Assembly: GCA_965116795.1 (NCBI GenBank)
Contig: OZ220716.1
Span: 1,066,503 to 1,130,502 of the forward strand
DNA from: Gammaproteobacteria bacterium
Lineage (GTDB): Bacteria > Pseudomonadota > Gammaproteobacteria > JAJFKG01
Direction: 5' to 3'
Length of the DNA stretch: 64,000 nucleotides
Both the position numbers and the translations under genes were made by a program. Numbering within the stretch: the stretch's first letter is position 1; the number at the start of each line of letters is the position of its first letter. Positions 26,652 to 36,274 of this stretch are shown piece after piece. The notes under the pieces are model-generated. The model did no database searches. It was not told the origin of the DNA and worked only from the letters and a program-made list of their open reading frames with translations.

Positions 26652-28684
26652 AAGTGAATATTAACAAAATTTCAACTTACAATGATTGCGGTGATGGTGG
26701 CGGCCCCTGCTATTGGGGGTGCTGTGGCTGGCGCTATGGGTATTACCAGTAGCATTGGTGTTGGCTTAGTGACAGCCGGAGTTGCATTAGCCGGTACGGC
26801 ATTGGTGAATGTGTTAGTGCCACCACCGATGGCATCCATCTACGGATTTGATAACACACCAGCACCCAGCCCCACGTATTCATTGCAAGCTAGGGGCAAC
26901 CAAGCACGCTTAAGTCAACCAATTCCGGTGATTTACGGCAGGCATATTGTGTATCCTGATTTGGCCAGTACACCGTATTCTCATTATGCCAACAACGAAC
27001 AATATCTCTATCAGTTACATTGCATTGGTCAGGGAGAATATGAAATTGAGTCCATTCGTATTGAGGATACACCGATTGCCTCATTTCAGGAAATCACTTA
27101 TGAAGTGGTGCCACCTGGTAAGCACGTTACCTTATTTTCAGAAAACGTCATCACCGCACCCGAAGTCGCGGGCCAAGAGCTGTTATCAACCAGTGAAGGG
27201 GGCGGTTACGTTGGTGGCTTTGTGGTGAATCCGGCGGATACGGTTGCAACGCAATTGAGTATCGATATTATCATGCCACGAGGGCTTTATTATGCAAATG
27301 ATAAGGGTGGTTTAGATGCACGTACAATAACCTGGGTAGTTGACGCCAGACAAATTGATGATGAAGGTAACCCATTACGTGATTGGCAGCAGTTAGGCAG
27401 TGAAACCATGACAGCCGCGACCAATACACCACAACGGTTAACCTATCACTACAGTGTGGCACCAGGGCGTTATGAAGTGAGGGCGCTTAGAACTAACAAC
27501 AAGGATGCATCAGCGCGTGCAGGAAATGAATTACGTTGGGCGGGACTCAAAGCCACGCTTAACCAATCTGCTGATATGGGTAACGTGACCTTGCTGGCGA
27601 TTAAAATGCGTGCCACCGATAATTTATCACAGCGTGCATCGCGATTAGTTAATTGCATTGTTACGCGCAAACTGCCAACGTGGAGCAAAGAAACAGGCTG
27701 GAGTGCACCCAAGGCAACACGCTCGATTGCTTGGAGCTTAGCGGATATTGCCAGCAGTGAATACGGCGGCAACTTGCCTGACAGTCGCATTGATTTGCAA
27801 GCGTTAGCTAACTTAGATGCGACATGGCAGCAACGCAACGATTGTGCCGATGTGGTATTTGACCAACCGATTACAGTATGGGAAGCAATGACACGCGTTG
27901 CCCGTTGTGGGCGTGCGGTGTGTTTTATGCAAACAGGGATTGTGCGATTCGTTAGAGACGAACCCAGAGAAATTCCCGTAGCGCTCTTCTCGCCACGCAA
28001 TATTGTTAAGCACAGTTTAAAGTTGCACTATTTGTTAGCGAGTGATGATACCGCTGACAGTGTGATTGTTGACTACTTTTGTAACCAAACTTGGCGACCT
28101 GATGAAGTGGAAGTCAGTTTGCCTAATAGTACCAGTGAACAACCGGCAAGAGTGAGATTGTTAGGCTGCACCGATAAGAGTCAAGCAATACGCGAAGGCA
28201 AATACATGGCTGCCACCAATCACTATCGCAGACGGCTCGTTACCTTTCAGACGGAATTAGAAGGACTAATCCCAACCTATGGTGATTTAATTGCAATCAC
28301 GCATGACATGCCGAGCTGGGGGCAAGGCGCCGAAGTGGTTAGCGTTGAAGGTAATACGTTAACCTTGTCGGAACCGTTGACTTGGGATGAGAATAAACTT
28401 AACGAACATGTCATTGGCCTTCGCAAGCAAGATGGTAGTGTCAGTGGAACATATCAAGTGATGCCAGGTAATAATGCGAATCAAGTTATTATTCAAGGTG
28501 AATTTAATTTTCAACTCTATACCGGCGAATCACAAGAGCGCACGCATGTGGCCTTTGGTGTTGGCAATGCGTGGAGCACATTGGCTCGCGTTACCGCTGT
28601 GCGTCCTAGAGGAGATATCATTGAAATTAGTGCCGTTACCGAACATCCAGTCGTGCATAGTTCAGATGTGTAACCTTCTTACGT

Positions 28685-29041
28685 TTAATCAACATGTTTA
28701 CGTTCACCCAGAGATTGAGCAATCATAGAAATAACCAATGTATTTAAACTAACACCATCTAATTTGGCTTGTTGAGCTAAACGTCTGTGTAATGATTTAG
28801 GCGCACGCTGCACCCATCTGCCGCTGGCGGTCGTTAAATCATTTGGACTTGGAATATCACGATTGGCTTCTTTAGCGGCTTCAATCCAGCACTGTACGGC
28901 ATCGATTCCATTTTCAATGGTTTCCTCAACTGTTTCACCATCAGACATACAGCCAGGCAAATCAGGAAATTCAATCAAATATCCACCACCTTCTTCCTTA
29001 GAGAGATGGCGTACAGTAAACGGGTAATCAAGCTCTTTCAT
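28685..29041 (-). CDS. hicB: HicB antitoxin
   Basis: GGY..EFPDLPGC.SDGET.EE, C-terminal RHH (PKSLH..L...A...GVSLN). Confidence 0.9.
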   Translation of the reverse strand: MKELDYPFTVRHLSKEEGGGYLIEFPDLPGCMSDGETVEETIENGIDAVQCWIEAAKEANRDIPSPNDLTTASGRWVQRAPKSLHRRLAQQAKLDGVSLNTLVISMIAQSLGERKHVD

Positions 29042-29312
29042 GACAAGGTATCTCCAATAAATTAATCAAGGCAACAAACTTTTTAATATAAACAGGCTTT
29101 ACTGGCCGATGAGCAGGGACACATAGCAATTCTATCCAAGCAGGATGGTTAAATACCACGTGACTACCTTTGCCCTTTCTCACATTAATACCATAATGCT
29201 TAGCCACTGTTTCCAGTTGCTCAATCCTCCAATCCCGAGGATTTTCGTTCATTTTTTTGATGATTTTGCTAGCATTTCTCATAATCATGCATGATACTGC
29301 ATATAGTATCAT
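29028..29312 (-). CDS. hicA: HicA toxin (mRNA interferase); true start probably further in
   Basis: GKGSHVVF.H, VPAH.P.K..YIK; upstream of hicB. Confidence 0.88.
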   Translation of the reverse strand: MILYAVSCMIMRNASKIIKKMNENPRDWRIEQLETVAKHYGINVRKGKGSHVVFNHPAWIELLCVPAHRPVKPVYIKKFVALINLLEIPCHERA

Positions 29313-29352
29313 TTGTCCAGCTTTTTATATCAATGACAGAGGAAACTTACCC

Positions 29353-29652
29353 ATGACGAGCAATAACACTGAGCCATCTAACGATGGCATCACACTATCA
29401 CAGGCACAGCTTGACGAATTAATTGAAAAAGCTTCTGCACGTGGTGCACGTAAAGCACTCATTGAAATGGGCTTGATGGATGATACGGTCAATGATTTGC
29501 GTACATTACGTGGTTTGGCTAAAACACTGAAGACAATGCAACACACGTTTGTGCAAACCATGGTGCGTTGGTTAACGATTGGGATGTTGGTGCTGTTTTT
29601 CGCAGGGATTTCAGGGAAGCTGGATTCGCTTTTTCATATCAATAAGCAATAG
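29353..29652 (+). CDS. DUF6127-like membrane protein of lysis region
   Basis: A..GAR.AL..GL.D....DLR.LR.L motif, C-terminal TM; GAGG RBS. Confidence 0.65.
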   Translation: MTSNNTEPSNDGITLSQAQLDELIEKASARGARKALIEMGLMDDTVNDLRTLRGLAKTLKTMQHTFVQTMVRWLTIGMLVLFFAGISGKLDSLFHINKQ

Positions 29653-29672
29653 AGATTATAAAGGGGAACATC

Positions 29673-30122
29673 ATGTTAACATTCTTAGGTGCCCTGTTAG
29701 GGTTTATGACATCAGGCTTCCCATCCGTATTGAAGTTAATCCAAGACAAAGCTGACCGACAACATGAATTGGCTATCCTGGATAAACAACTGGAGATGCA
29801 ACGTCAGGGACACAATCAACAGTTGGTTGAGATTCAAACCCAAGCTGATGTTACCGAAAGCCAAGCATTGTATCAACACGCAAGCCTCCCAAGTGGTGTT
29901 AAATGGATTGAAGCGTTACGTGCGTCAGTGAGGCCAATAATTACGTATGCATTTTTTGCCTTGTTCGTGTTTGTCAAAGTCATGACATTAGTGACGTTAT
30001 TACAACAAGGTATCTTGGTCATGGACGGGTTGTTAGCTATTTGGGACGAAGAGACGCGCACTTTATTTGCGGCGGTTGTCACTTTCTGGTTTGGTCATCG
30101 GATGTTAGTAAAACGAGTCTGA
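29673..30122 (+). CDS. Holin-like protein
   Basis: N-terminal TM, LRASVRP.ITY, FWFG.R C-terminal motif. Confidence 0.75.
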   Translation: MLTFLGALLGFMTSGFPSVLKLIQDKADRQHELAILDKQLEMQRQGHNQQLVEIQTQADVTESQALYQHASLPSGVKWIEALRASVRPIITYAFFALFVFVKVMTLVTLLQQGILVMDGLLAIWDEETRTLFAAVVTFWFGHRMLVKRV

Positions 30123-30212
30123 TAGCGCTAAATATAGGCTAATTTGACTGGCTATCTCTTCGATAGTAAGCGTTAATTACAACGTAACGTTAACTTAACT
30201 GGAGAAAAAATC

Positions 30213-30524
30213 ATGAGCACATTAATCGATAGACTATTTTACAAGCCTCTTATTTGGGATGTGAAAAATACCCATTGCACTAAACAGGAAGAAAGCGCAT
30301 TGTTAGACATTTTTGAAAAAGCCATGCAACGCGCCGCACTGGTGCCTGCCAGTCAACTGCGCTTTGAATTAACGCACATTACACCTAAGCAAACAGCATT
30401 GCACCCTTTTGTTCTAACGATGCACTGCGACAAGGTATGCGGGCAAGTGCAATGGCAGGGGGTGTTTGAAACTGCAGATAACAGCAAAACATTGGAAGTG
30501 CTAGGTGCTTTAGAAAAAGAGTAA
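30213..30524 (+). CDS. Hypothetical protein, paralog 1 of triplicated cassette
   Basis: GGAG RBS; FEKA..., L.F.L, F.L.M...V.GQ.QW.G.F shared with two downstream ORFs. Confidence 0.75.
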   Translation: MSTLIDRLFYKPLIWDVKNTHCTKQEESALLDIFEKAMQRAALVPASQLRFELTHITPKQTALHPFVLTMHCDKVCGQVQWQGVFETADNSKTLEVLGALEKE

Positions 30525-30540
30525 CCTGCCTTTTACACCC

Positions 30541-30579
30541 AGCCACAGGCGCCAACGTTTGGTGTCTGTGGCTTTTTTT
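30541..30579 (+). terminator. Rho-independent terminator
   Basis: AGCCACAGGCGCCAA..TTGGTGTCTGTGGCT stem followed by T-run. Confidence 0.8.
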
Positions 30580-30776
30580 CAGAGCGCAACGTCTTACCCC
30601 TATCTTTTCAATTAGCATGACAGCGCCCAAATTTATTTGTTATTCGACAAAATTTCTCATCAGTAAACACTGCATCGATTAATAGCAAAAATAGTGGCTA
30701 TTTAGCGAAATATAACTTGCTATAACCTGCAGGTAGAGCGATTAATGTAATTGTTAAAACAAAACTGGAGGTTAAC

Positions 30777-31109
30777 ATGAACACAGAAATTAACAACGAA
30801 TATCACACCGAATATTATGAAAAATATTACACTAACATTGTGGACAATGAAGGCTTGACGATTGCTGAAGTTAACGCCGCATTAGAAGCTTTCGAAAAAG
30901 CGTTAGACATCGCCTTTCAAAATTCAGAAGATGCGCTGGGATTTGATTTAAAAGGCTTTACACCGCAATGCGCGCACATTGAAAATTTTGATTTTTCGAT
31001 GGAGCGACAAATTGTTGACGGACAAATTCAGTATTGGGGAATTTTCACAGGCGAAGATGACAAAGCCTTTTACCTTCAAGGCTGGGTAAGAAACAACAAC
31101 AACGATTAG
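30777..31109 (+). CDS. Hypothetical protein, paralog 2 of triplicated cassette
   Basis: GGAGG RBS; shared motifs; acidic. Confidence 0.75.
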   Translation: MNTEINNEYHTEYYEKYYTNIVDNEGLTIAEVNAALEAFEKALDIAFQNSEDALGFDLKGFTPQCAHIENFDFSMERQIVDGQIQYWGIFTGEDDKAFYLQGWVRNNNND

Positions 31110-31125
31110 CTCTCCAGGCGATTGA

Positions 31126-31162
31126 CCACATGCGCCCAACGTTGGCGTGTGTGGCTTTTTTT
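31126..31162 (+). terminator. Rho-independent terminator homologous to 30541
   Basis: CCACATGCGCC..GGCGTGTGTGG stem followed by T-run. Confidence 0.75.
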
Positions 31163-31344
31163 ATGTGCATCCCGCACTAATCCCTTATCTATTTTTATCT
31201 CTCACAAACGCCGCTGTGTTGGCTGTGTTAAATAACCAAAACATCAGTTAATACTGCTGCAATACATAGCATTTTTTCGCTGGATATAGTGCCACACCCG
31301 AGCATTACTTATCACACCTTGAAAATTAAAGAAGGATTATCACA

Positions 31345-31644
31345 ATGTCAACCGAGATTGAAAATCGTACGCCAATTATTTTTTACATTGCGAACACTCG
31401 TTGCAATGATGATGAGTTGCGCATCTTGCTAGCCAACTTTGAAATGACTCTGCAATACGCGGCTAATTTTAAAAACACAGTATTCAGGTTTGACTTTAAA
31501 TGTTCAATGCCATCACGCAATTTATTATTTCCGTTTAGTTTAACCATGAAACGACACCGCATTGATAGTCAGTTTCAATGGCATGGCACGTTTAAACACC
31601 ACAGTGGTTTGAAGCAATTGCAGGTTATGGGAATTTTAATATGA
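31345..31644 (+). CDS. Hypothetical protein, paralog 3 of triplicated cassette
   Basis: Shared motifs; ATGA overlap with lysozyme. Confidence 0.7.
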   Translation: MSTEIENRTPIIFYIANTRCNDDELRILLANFEMTLQYAANFKNTVFRFDFKCSMPSRNLLFPFSLTMKRHRIDSQFQWHGTFKHHSGLKQLQVMGILI

Positions 31645-32087
31645 TACGGCATATTAGTGAAAATGGATTGTCATTGATAAAACAGTTTGAAGGGTATTCA
31701 GCCACCGTGTATCGTTGCCCTGCCAGTTACCGCACGATTGGGTATGGTCACGTTCTTAGAGCAGATGAACATTTTGATGATGGCATTGATAAACAACAAG
31801 CAGAATTGTTATTGCGTTCTGATGTGCAAGTAGCGGAGCGTGCTGTGTTACGTTTGATTGATGCGCCATTAACCGATGGACAATTTGCAGCATTAGTGTC
31901 GTTTGTCTTTAATCTTGGTGCGGGGGCGTTACAGCGTTCAATACTGCGGCGCAAGGTTAATCGTCAAGAGCATACTGAGGTGCCAGCGGAATTTGTGAGA
32001 TGGGTTTATGCCAGGGGGCGTAAGTTGCCAGGCTTGGTGAAGCGCAGACGGTGTGAGGCGATGTTGTATCTTGGTACATTTTTGTGA
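31641..32087 (+). CDS. Endolysin, GH24 lysozyme
   Basis: LIKQFEG...Y.CPA...TIGYGH, ALVSF.FNLG, GLVKRR..E. Confidence 0.93.
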   Translation: MIRHISENGLSLIKQFEGYSATVYRCPASYRTIGYGHVLRADEHFDDGIDKQQAELLLRSDVQVAERAVLRLIDAPLTDGQFAALVSFVFNLGAGALQRSILRRKVNRQEHTEVPAEFVRWVYARGRKLPGLVKRRRCEAMLYLGTFL

Positions 32088-32756
32088 TGAGCGCCATTGT
32101 GTTCGCGGCCATAGCTGACGATGGTAAATCGACATTCTATTTTTGAGCAAGCTGTTGGAAAATGCTTTACAAGTGGGTTGGTTTTGTGGGATAAAGTAAG
32201 CGTGCGGGGTGGGATAGGATTATGTCGTTATTCTATCTAATATCTCAACGCTTCAATATCATAAACAAGTACACGCTCATAACATAACAAGCTAACAGCA
32301 CAATCATAATAAACAACAACAATAAAACAAACGCATTGCTCCCCAGGGAAAGTCGGATGGTCAAGCAAGGAGATGGCTATGTTAGTGGTATGTCAGTTAT
32401 GCACTGCAAGCAGGATTTTTCCTGACTTTCTTCAAAGTGGTAACGTAAGGTGTGTGATTAACCCTTGTCGCTATTCATTCTTACGTCTTCTTCAATTGTT
32501 TCATTGTCTGATTTTATTAATACCGCCTGTCTGTGTCAGTGCAAGGAGTCGGGTTTTCTGGGTGGTTTATATAAGACGGGATTTGTTCAAGTGGGGTGGT
32601 TGTGGAATGCTAGATAAGATGGTCAAATATTGTGCACAAGGGTTTTGGGGGAGGCAGGTGTGCCTGCACCCGCCGGTGACGGCAAGAAGCGAGGTTGAAG
32701 AAAGGTTTTTTGTTTGGGGTTAGGGTTTTAATTTAGATTAAGGAGATTAGAGCATT

Positions 32757-35700
32757 ATGTTTAAGGGAAGTGAGAAAGAGAGTAGTAATAGAGAATTAGC
32801 AGAAAAAGCAGGGCAGTGTCTCAGTATCTGGAAAGGGCATAAGGGGTCTGTTACTGCCTTGGCGGTGCTGGAGCAGGGGAGGCGGGGTAAGCCGTTAGTA
32901 GTAAGCGCAAGTTGGGATAACACCATTAAGTGTTGGGAGATGGATGAGAAGACAGGCAAGGCACAGTGTTTGAGTGCCTGGGAAGGGCATGCGTATGGTG
33001 TTAATGCCTTGGCGGTGCTGGAGCAGGGGGAGCGGGGTAAGCGGTTAGTATTAAGTGGAAGTGATGATAACACCATTATGTGTTGGCAGATGGATGAGAA
33101 GACAGGTAAGGCACAGTGTTTGAGTACCTGGGAAGGGCATAAGGGGTCTGTTTATGCCTTGGCGGTGCTGGAGCAGGGGGGCTTGGGTAAGCGGTTAGTA
33201 GTAAGCGCAAGTCATGATAAAACCATTAAGTGTTGGGAGATGGATGAGAAGACAGGTAAGGCACGGTGTTTGAGTACCTGGGAAGGGCATACGGGTTCTG
33301 TTAGAGCCTTGGCGGTGCTGGAGCAGGGGGGCTTGGGTAAGCGGTTAGTATTAAGCGCAGGTGATAACACCATTAAGTGTTGGCAGATGGATGAGAAGAC
33401 AGGGGAAGCACAGTGTCTCAGTACCTGGGAAGGGCATACGGGTTCTGTTAGAGCCTTGGCGGTGCTGGAACAGGGGGGCTTAGGTAAGCGGTTAGTAGTA
33501 AGCGCAAGTCATGATAAAACCATTAAGTGTTGGGAGATGGATGAGAAGACAGGTAAGGCAGAGTGTTTGAGTACCTGGGAAGGGCATACGCATTGGGTTA
33601 GAGCCTTGGCGGTGCTGGAGCAGGGGGAGCGGGGTAAGCCGTTAGTATTAAGCGCAAGTATGGATAAAACCATTAAGTGTTGGCAGATGGATGAGAAGAC
33701 AGGTAAGGCAGAGTGTCTCAGTACCTGGAAAGGGCATAAGCGTGGTGTTTTTGCCTTAGTGGTGCTGGAGCAGGGGGAGCGGGGTAAGCAGTTAGTATTA
33801 AGTGGAAGTGGTGATGAAACCATTAAGTGTTGGCAGGGGTTCCCGGTACCACAAGCGGTGCAGGAGCAGAAGAAAGCGGCTAGGCAAGAGAAGCGGTTGG
33901 CGTTTGAAAAACAACATGGGTTAGTACCAATACGTGGGGCGCAAGGTGTGAAAGCGGAAGAAGGTGCGAATGTGTCAGCTTCCTCATCTGTTTCAAAAAA
34001 GAGTCGGAGTGAAGAAGAGAGCGTAGGGAAAAAGGAAAAAGCAGGAAAAGAAAAGAAAGAAAAACGCACGAAAAAAAAGGAAGGTCCCAGCAAGAAGAAA
34101 TCCAGTCGTCGCCATCGCGATTCAGAAGCAGCGTTACCGGCATTGCCCAAAGGGGAAGTAAAAGCTCTGCAGGGGTATCTGGCTCCCGCTGATTCGGGTC
34201 AGTTATCGTTACGGTCTGGTGAGACACTGACGTTGTTAAGCGATGAAGGCAATTGGTGGCGTTGCCGCAATGAAAGCGCTGCAGAAGGGTTAGTGCCGAG
34301 TAACTATGTGAAGAAGGTAGTCACCTCGACAAGCACAGACAGCCCGTTGCCATCAATGCCCTCTCCCTTACCGGAGTTACCTGCCAAGCCCGCCGCCGCT
34401 GCCGCGAGTATCGCTTCCTCCTCAGAGAGTGACAAGCCATCCGATAAGACTTCCTCTCAGCCATCGGTTTCTGAAGGTCAGTCGACAAGTGGTGGTGCTC
34501 CTACAGTGACGCCCTCTCCTTCCTCCGGTCGCTTAAAAGCGGCCTTGGCATCAGCCGAGCAACGTTCAACGTCTTCGTTTGAGAGCGGCGGTGGTTCGTC
34601 CTTTGGCAGCAAAGAGAAAGTGTCGAGTGAGTCTCGGGGCGGTAGCAGCACGTTGTTGTTAGATGCGCAAGGCAAGGCCCAAGTTGACCCGGTGTTAGCG
34701 TACGAGGATTTAACTTTTGGCAAGGTATTAGGCGCCGGTGGATTTGGTGAAGTATACAAAGGCCAGTGGCAGGGTGTGGATGTGGCGATTAAGAAGTTAT
34801 TGCAGAAGCACTTAACCGAGGCAATGGAATCGACGTTTCGCAAAGAAGCGGGGGTGATGGTGCAATTGCGCGGGACACACCCGAATATTATCAACATGTA
34901 TGGGATAGTGTTAGTACCGGAGCCATGCATGGTATTAGAGTTCATGGGCAGAGGCGCATTAGATGGATTATTGCATGGCAAAGTGCCGATGAGTTGGGAG
35001 ATGCGCTACACGATAGGATTAGATGTCGCCAGAGGATTGTTCTACTTACACAATAAGCGGATATTGCACTTGGACTTAAAGAGCATGAATGTCTTGATGG
35101 CTAAAGACGGGACAGCGAAGTTAGCGGACTTTGGGCTATCGGAGATAAAGGGGTCAACGAGCCAGCAATCAGCGTGGGGCGATGAGAGTAAGAAAGCCGG
35201 AGGGACGTTACGTTGGATGGCACCGGAGTTATTCCGAGGCGGGCGCTATCGTCCGTCGTGTGATGTGTACAGTTTTGCGATGGTGTTGTGGGAGTTAGCC
35301 AGTCGCCAGGTGCCGTATCGTTATCAGCTCAATGCGGCGATACCGGAGTATGTCAAGACGGGCGGCCGAGAAGCAGTGCCGGTGGATACGCCAGCGAGTG
35401 TGCAGGCATTGATGGTACGCTGTTGGGCGGCCGATGCCAGTACGCGCCCGAAGATGGGTGAGGTCATGAAAGACTTGCAAGCCCATCCGGTGACAGATGA
35501 GACACCGATACCCTCACCGCATCTCAGCGGGGTGGATGATGAGGATGTGTGGAGCGATGAAGAGACAACAGAGAGCGACGGTTATGCGATGGGGCGCACG
35601 GCGCCGCAACCTGCTGCACCTACTTCACAGGCAGCAGCCGTAGAGAGTGTGGATTATGCGGTTCGCAGCGAAGTGCCTGGGGTATTACCCAGTGCGTCAC

Positions 35701-36098
35701 CGAGCTCGAGTTCTCAATCTAAAGCAAGCACAAGTCAAGCGCAATCGGTGGATGCGTATTATGCCGGTCGCAGTGATGTGTATGGCGGGACATCATCCAG
35801 CGGCAGCAGCGCTACCTTATTCCAGGCGGCTGCTCCGCCTCCCCCGTTGCCGGATGACGAGGATGATGTATTAGAGGCGGTCGCGACGGGGAATTACCGT
35901 GCGCGAGAGGGGAATCAGTTGTCGTTTGCCAAGGGAGCGACGTTAACCGTGCTTGAGCAACAGCCTTCTGGCTGGTGGGTGTGTGAGTTGAATGGCAAGC
36001 AAGGGTTGGCGCCGGGGAATCGGTTGCAGTTGGTAGAGCCACAGGTGAGTCAGTCGCAAGCAGGTGAATCCTCGACGGAGAGTATGGGGTATGTGTAA
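32757..36098 (+). CDS. Eukaryote-like WD40(x7)-SH3-TKL-type protein kinase-SH3
   Basis: Seven GH..V.ALA...D.TIKCW repeats; two SH3 (WW....G..P.NY type); GAGGFG, VAIK, HLDLKSMN, DFG, GTLRWMAPE. Confidence 0.9.
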   Translation: MFKGSEKESSNRELAEKAGQCLSIWKGHKGSVTALAVLEQGRRGKPLVVSASWDNTIKCWEMDEKTGKAQCLSAWEGHAYGVNALAVLEQGERGKRLVLSGSDDNTIMCWQMDEKTGKAQCLSTWEGHKGSVYALAVLEQGGLGKRLVVSASHDKTIKCWEMDEKTGKARCLSTWEGHTGSVRALAVLEQGGLGKRLVLSAGDNTIKCWQMDEKTGEAQCLSTWEGHTGSVRALAVLEQGGLGKRLVVSASHDKTIKCWEMDEKTGKAECLSTWEGHTHWVRALAVLEQGERGKPLVLSASMDKTIKCWQMDEKTGKAECLSTWKGHKRGVFALVVLEQGERGKQLVLSGSGDETIKCWQGFPVPQAVQEQKKAARQEKRLAFEKQHGLVPIRGAQGVKAEEGANVSASSSVSKKSRSEEESVGKKEKAGKEKKEKRTKKKEGPSKKKSSRRHRDSEAALPALPKGEVKALQGYLAPADSGQLSLRSGETLTLLSDEGNWWRCRNESAAEGLVPSNYVKKVVTSTSTDSPLPSMPSPLPELPAKPAAAAASIASSSESDKPSDKTSSQPSVSEGQSTSGGAPTVTPSPSSGRLKAALASAEQRSTSSFESGGGSSFGSKEKVSSESRGGSSTLLLDAQGKAQVDPVLAYEDLTFGKVLGAGGFGEVYKGQWQGVDVAIKKLLQKHLTEAMESTFRKEAGVMVQLRGTHPNIINMYGIVLVPEPCMVLEFMGRGALDGLLHGKVPMSWEMRYTIGLDVARGLFYLHNKRILHLDLKSMNVLMAKDGTAKLADFGLSEIKGSTSQQSAWGDESKKAGGTLRWMAPELFRGGRYRPSCDVYSFAMVLWELASRQVPYRYQLNAAIPEYVKTGGREAVPVDTPASVQALMVRCWAADASTRPKMGEVMKDLQAHPVTDETPIPSPHLSGVDDEDVWSDEETTESDGYAMGRTAPQPAAPTSQAAAVESVDYAVRSEVPGVLPSASPSSSSQSKASTSQAQSVDAYYAGRSDVYGGTSSSGSSATLFQAAAPPPPLPDDEDDVLEAVATGNYRAREGNQLSFAKGATLTVLEQQPSGWWVCELNGKQGLAPGNRLQLVEPQVSQSQAGESSTESMGYV
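32808..33837 (+). repeat. Seven near-identical ~147-bp intragenic WD40 repeats
   Basis: Recurrent GCCTTGGCGGTGCTGGAGCAGGGG...ACCATTAAGTGTTGG units. Confidence 0.9.
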
Positions 36099-36274
36099 AG
36101 GTTGTCGATTCTGCGCAAGGGTTTGAGACGTTTCAGGATAATAACAACAACAAGCAGGTCTGTGTGAGCAGGATGGTTTGATGGGTGCCAGGTGGCCTAT
36201 CAAGCCAGGATAGTTGAGGCGCTGTCTGGATGAACGAGGCAAGCGTATGTGTTATTTGTCATATAAGGAGAGAG

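Larger units (their letters stand above)
25215..26683 (-). mobile_element. IS110-family insertion sequence, 1469 bp
   Basis: DEDD recombinase gene; core AAT at both junctions (25212-25214, 26681-26683); no terminal inverted repeats. Confidence 0.92.
24946..28673 (+). pseudogene. Tail-tip / host-specificity protein (gpI/J-like) interrupted by IS110
   Basis: Removing 25215..26683 joins ...GGKILRSVL to MIAVMVAAP... in frame (89+663 aa); IPVIYGRH..YPD and PGRYEVR motifs. Confidence 0.9.
1..32087 (+). mobile_element. Prophage A (left part outside window; right boundary uncertain, could extend over the kinase region to ~41 kb)
   Basis: Contiguous recombinase/DUF2924, cos, methylase, terminase, portal, capsid, tail, holin and lysozyme genes. 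Confidence 0.9.

Noticed and set aside
32808-33837. DGR-type variable repeats in the WD40 gene
   Set aside because: Variation is not adenine-restricted and there is no RT; tandem repeat recombination explains it
33509-34981. Long antisense ORFs (213 aa, 167 aa)
   Set aside because: Shadows of the kinase gene's repetitive, biased codons
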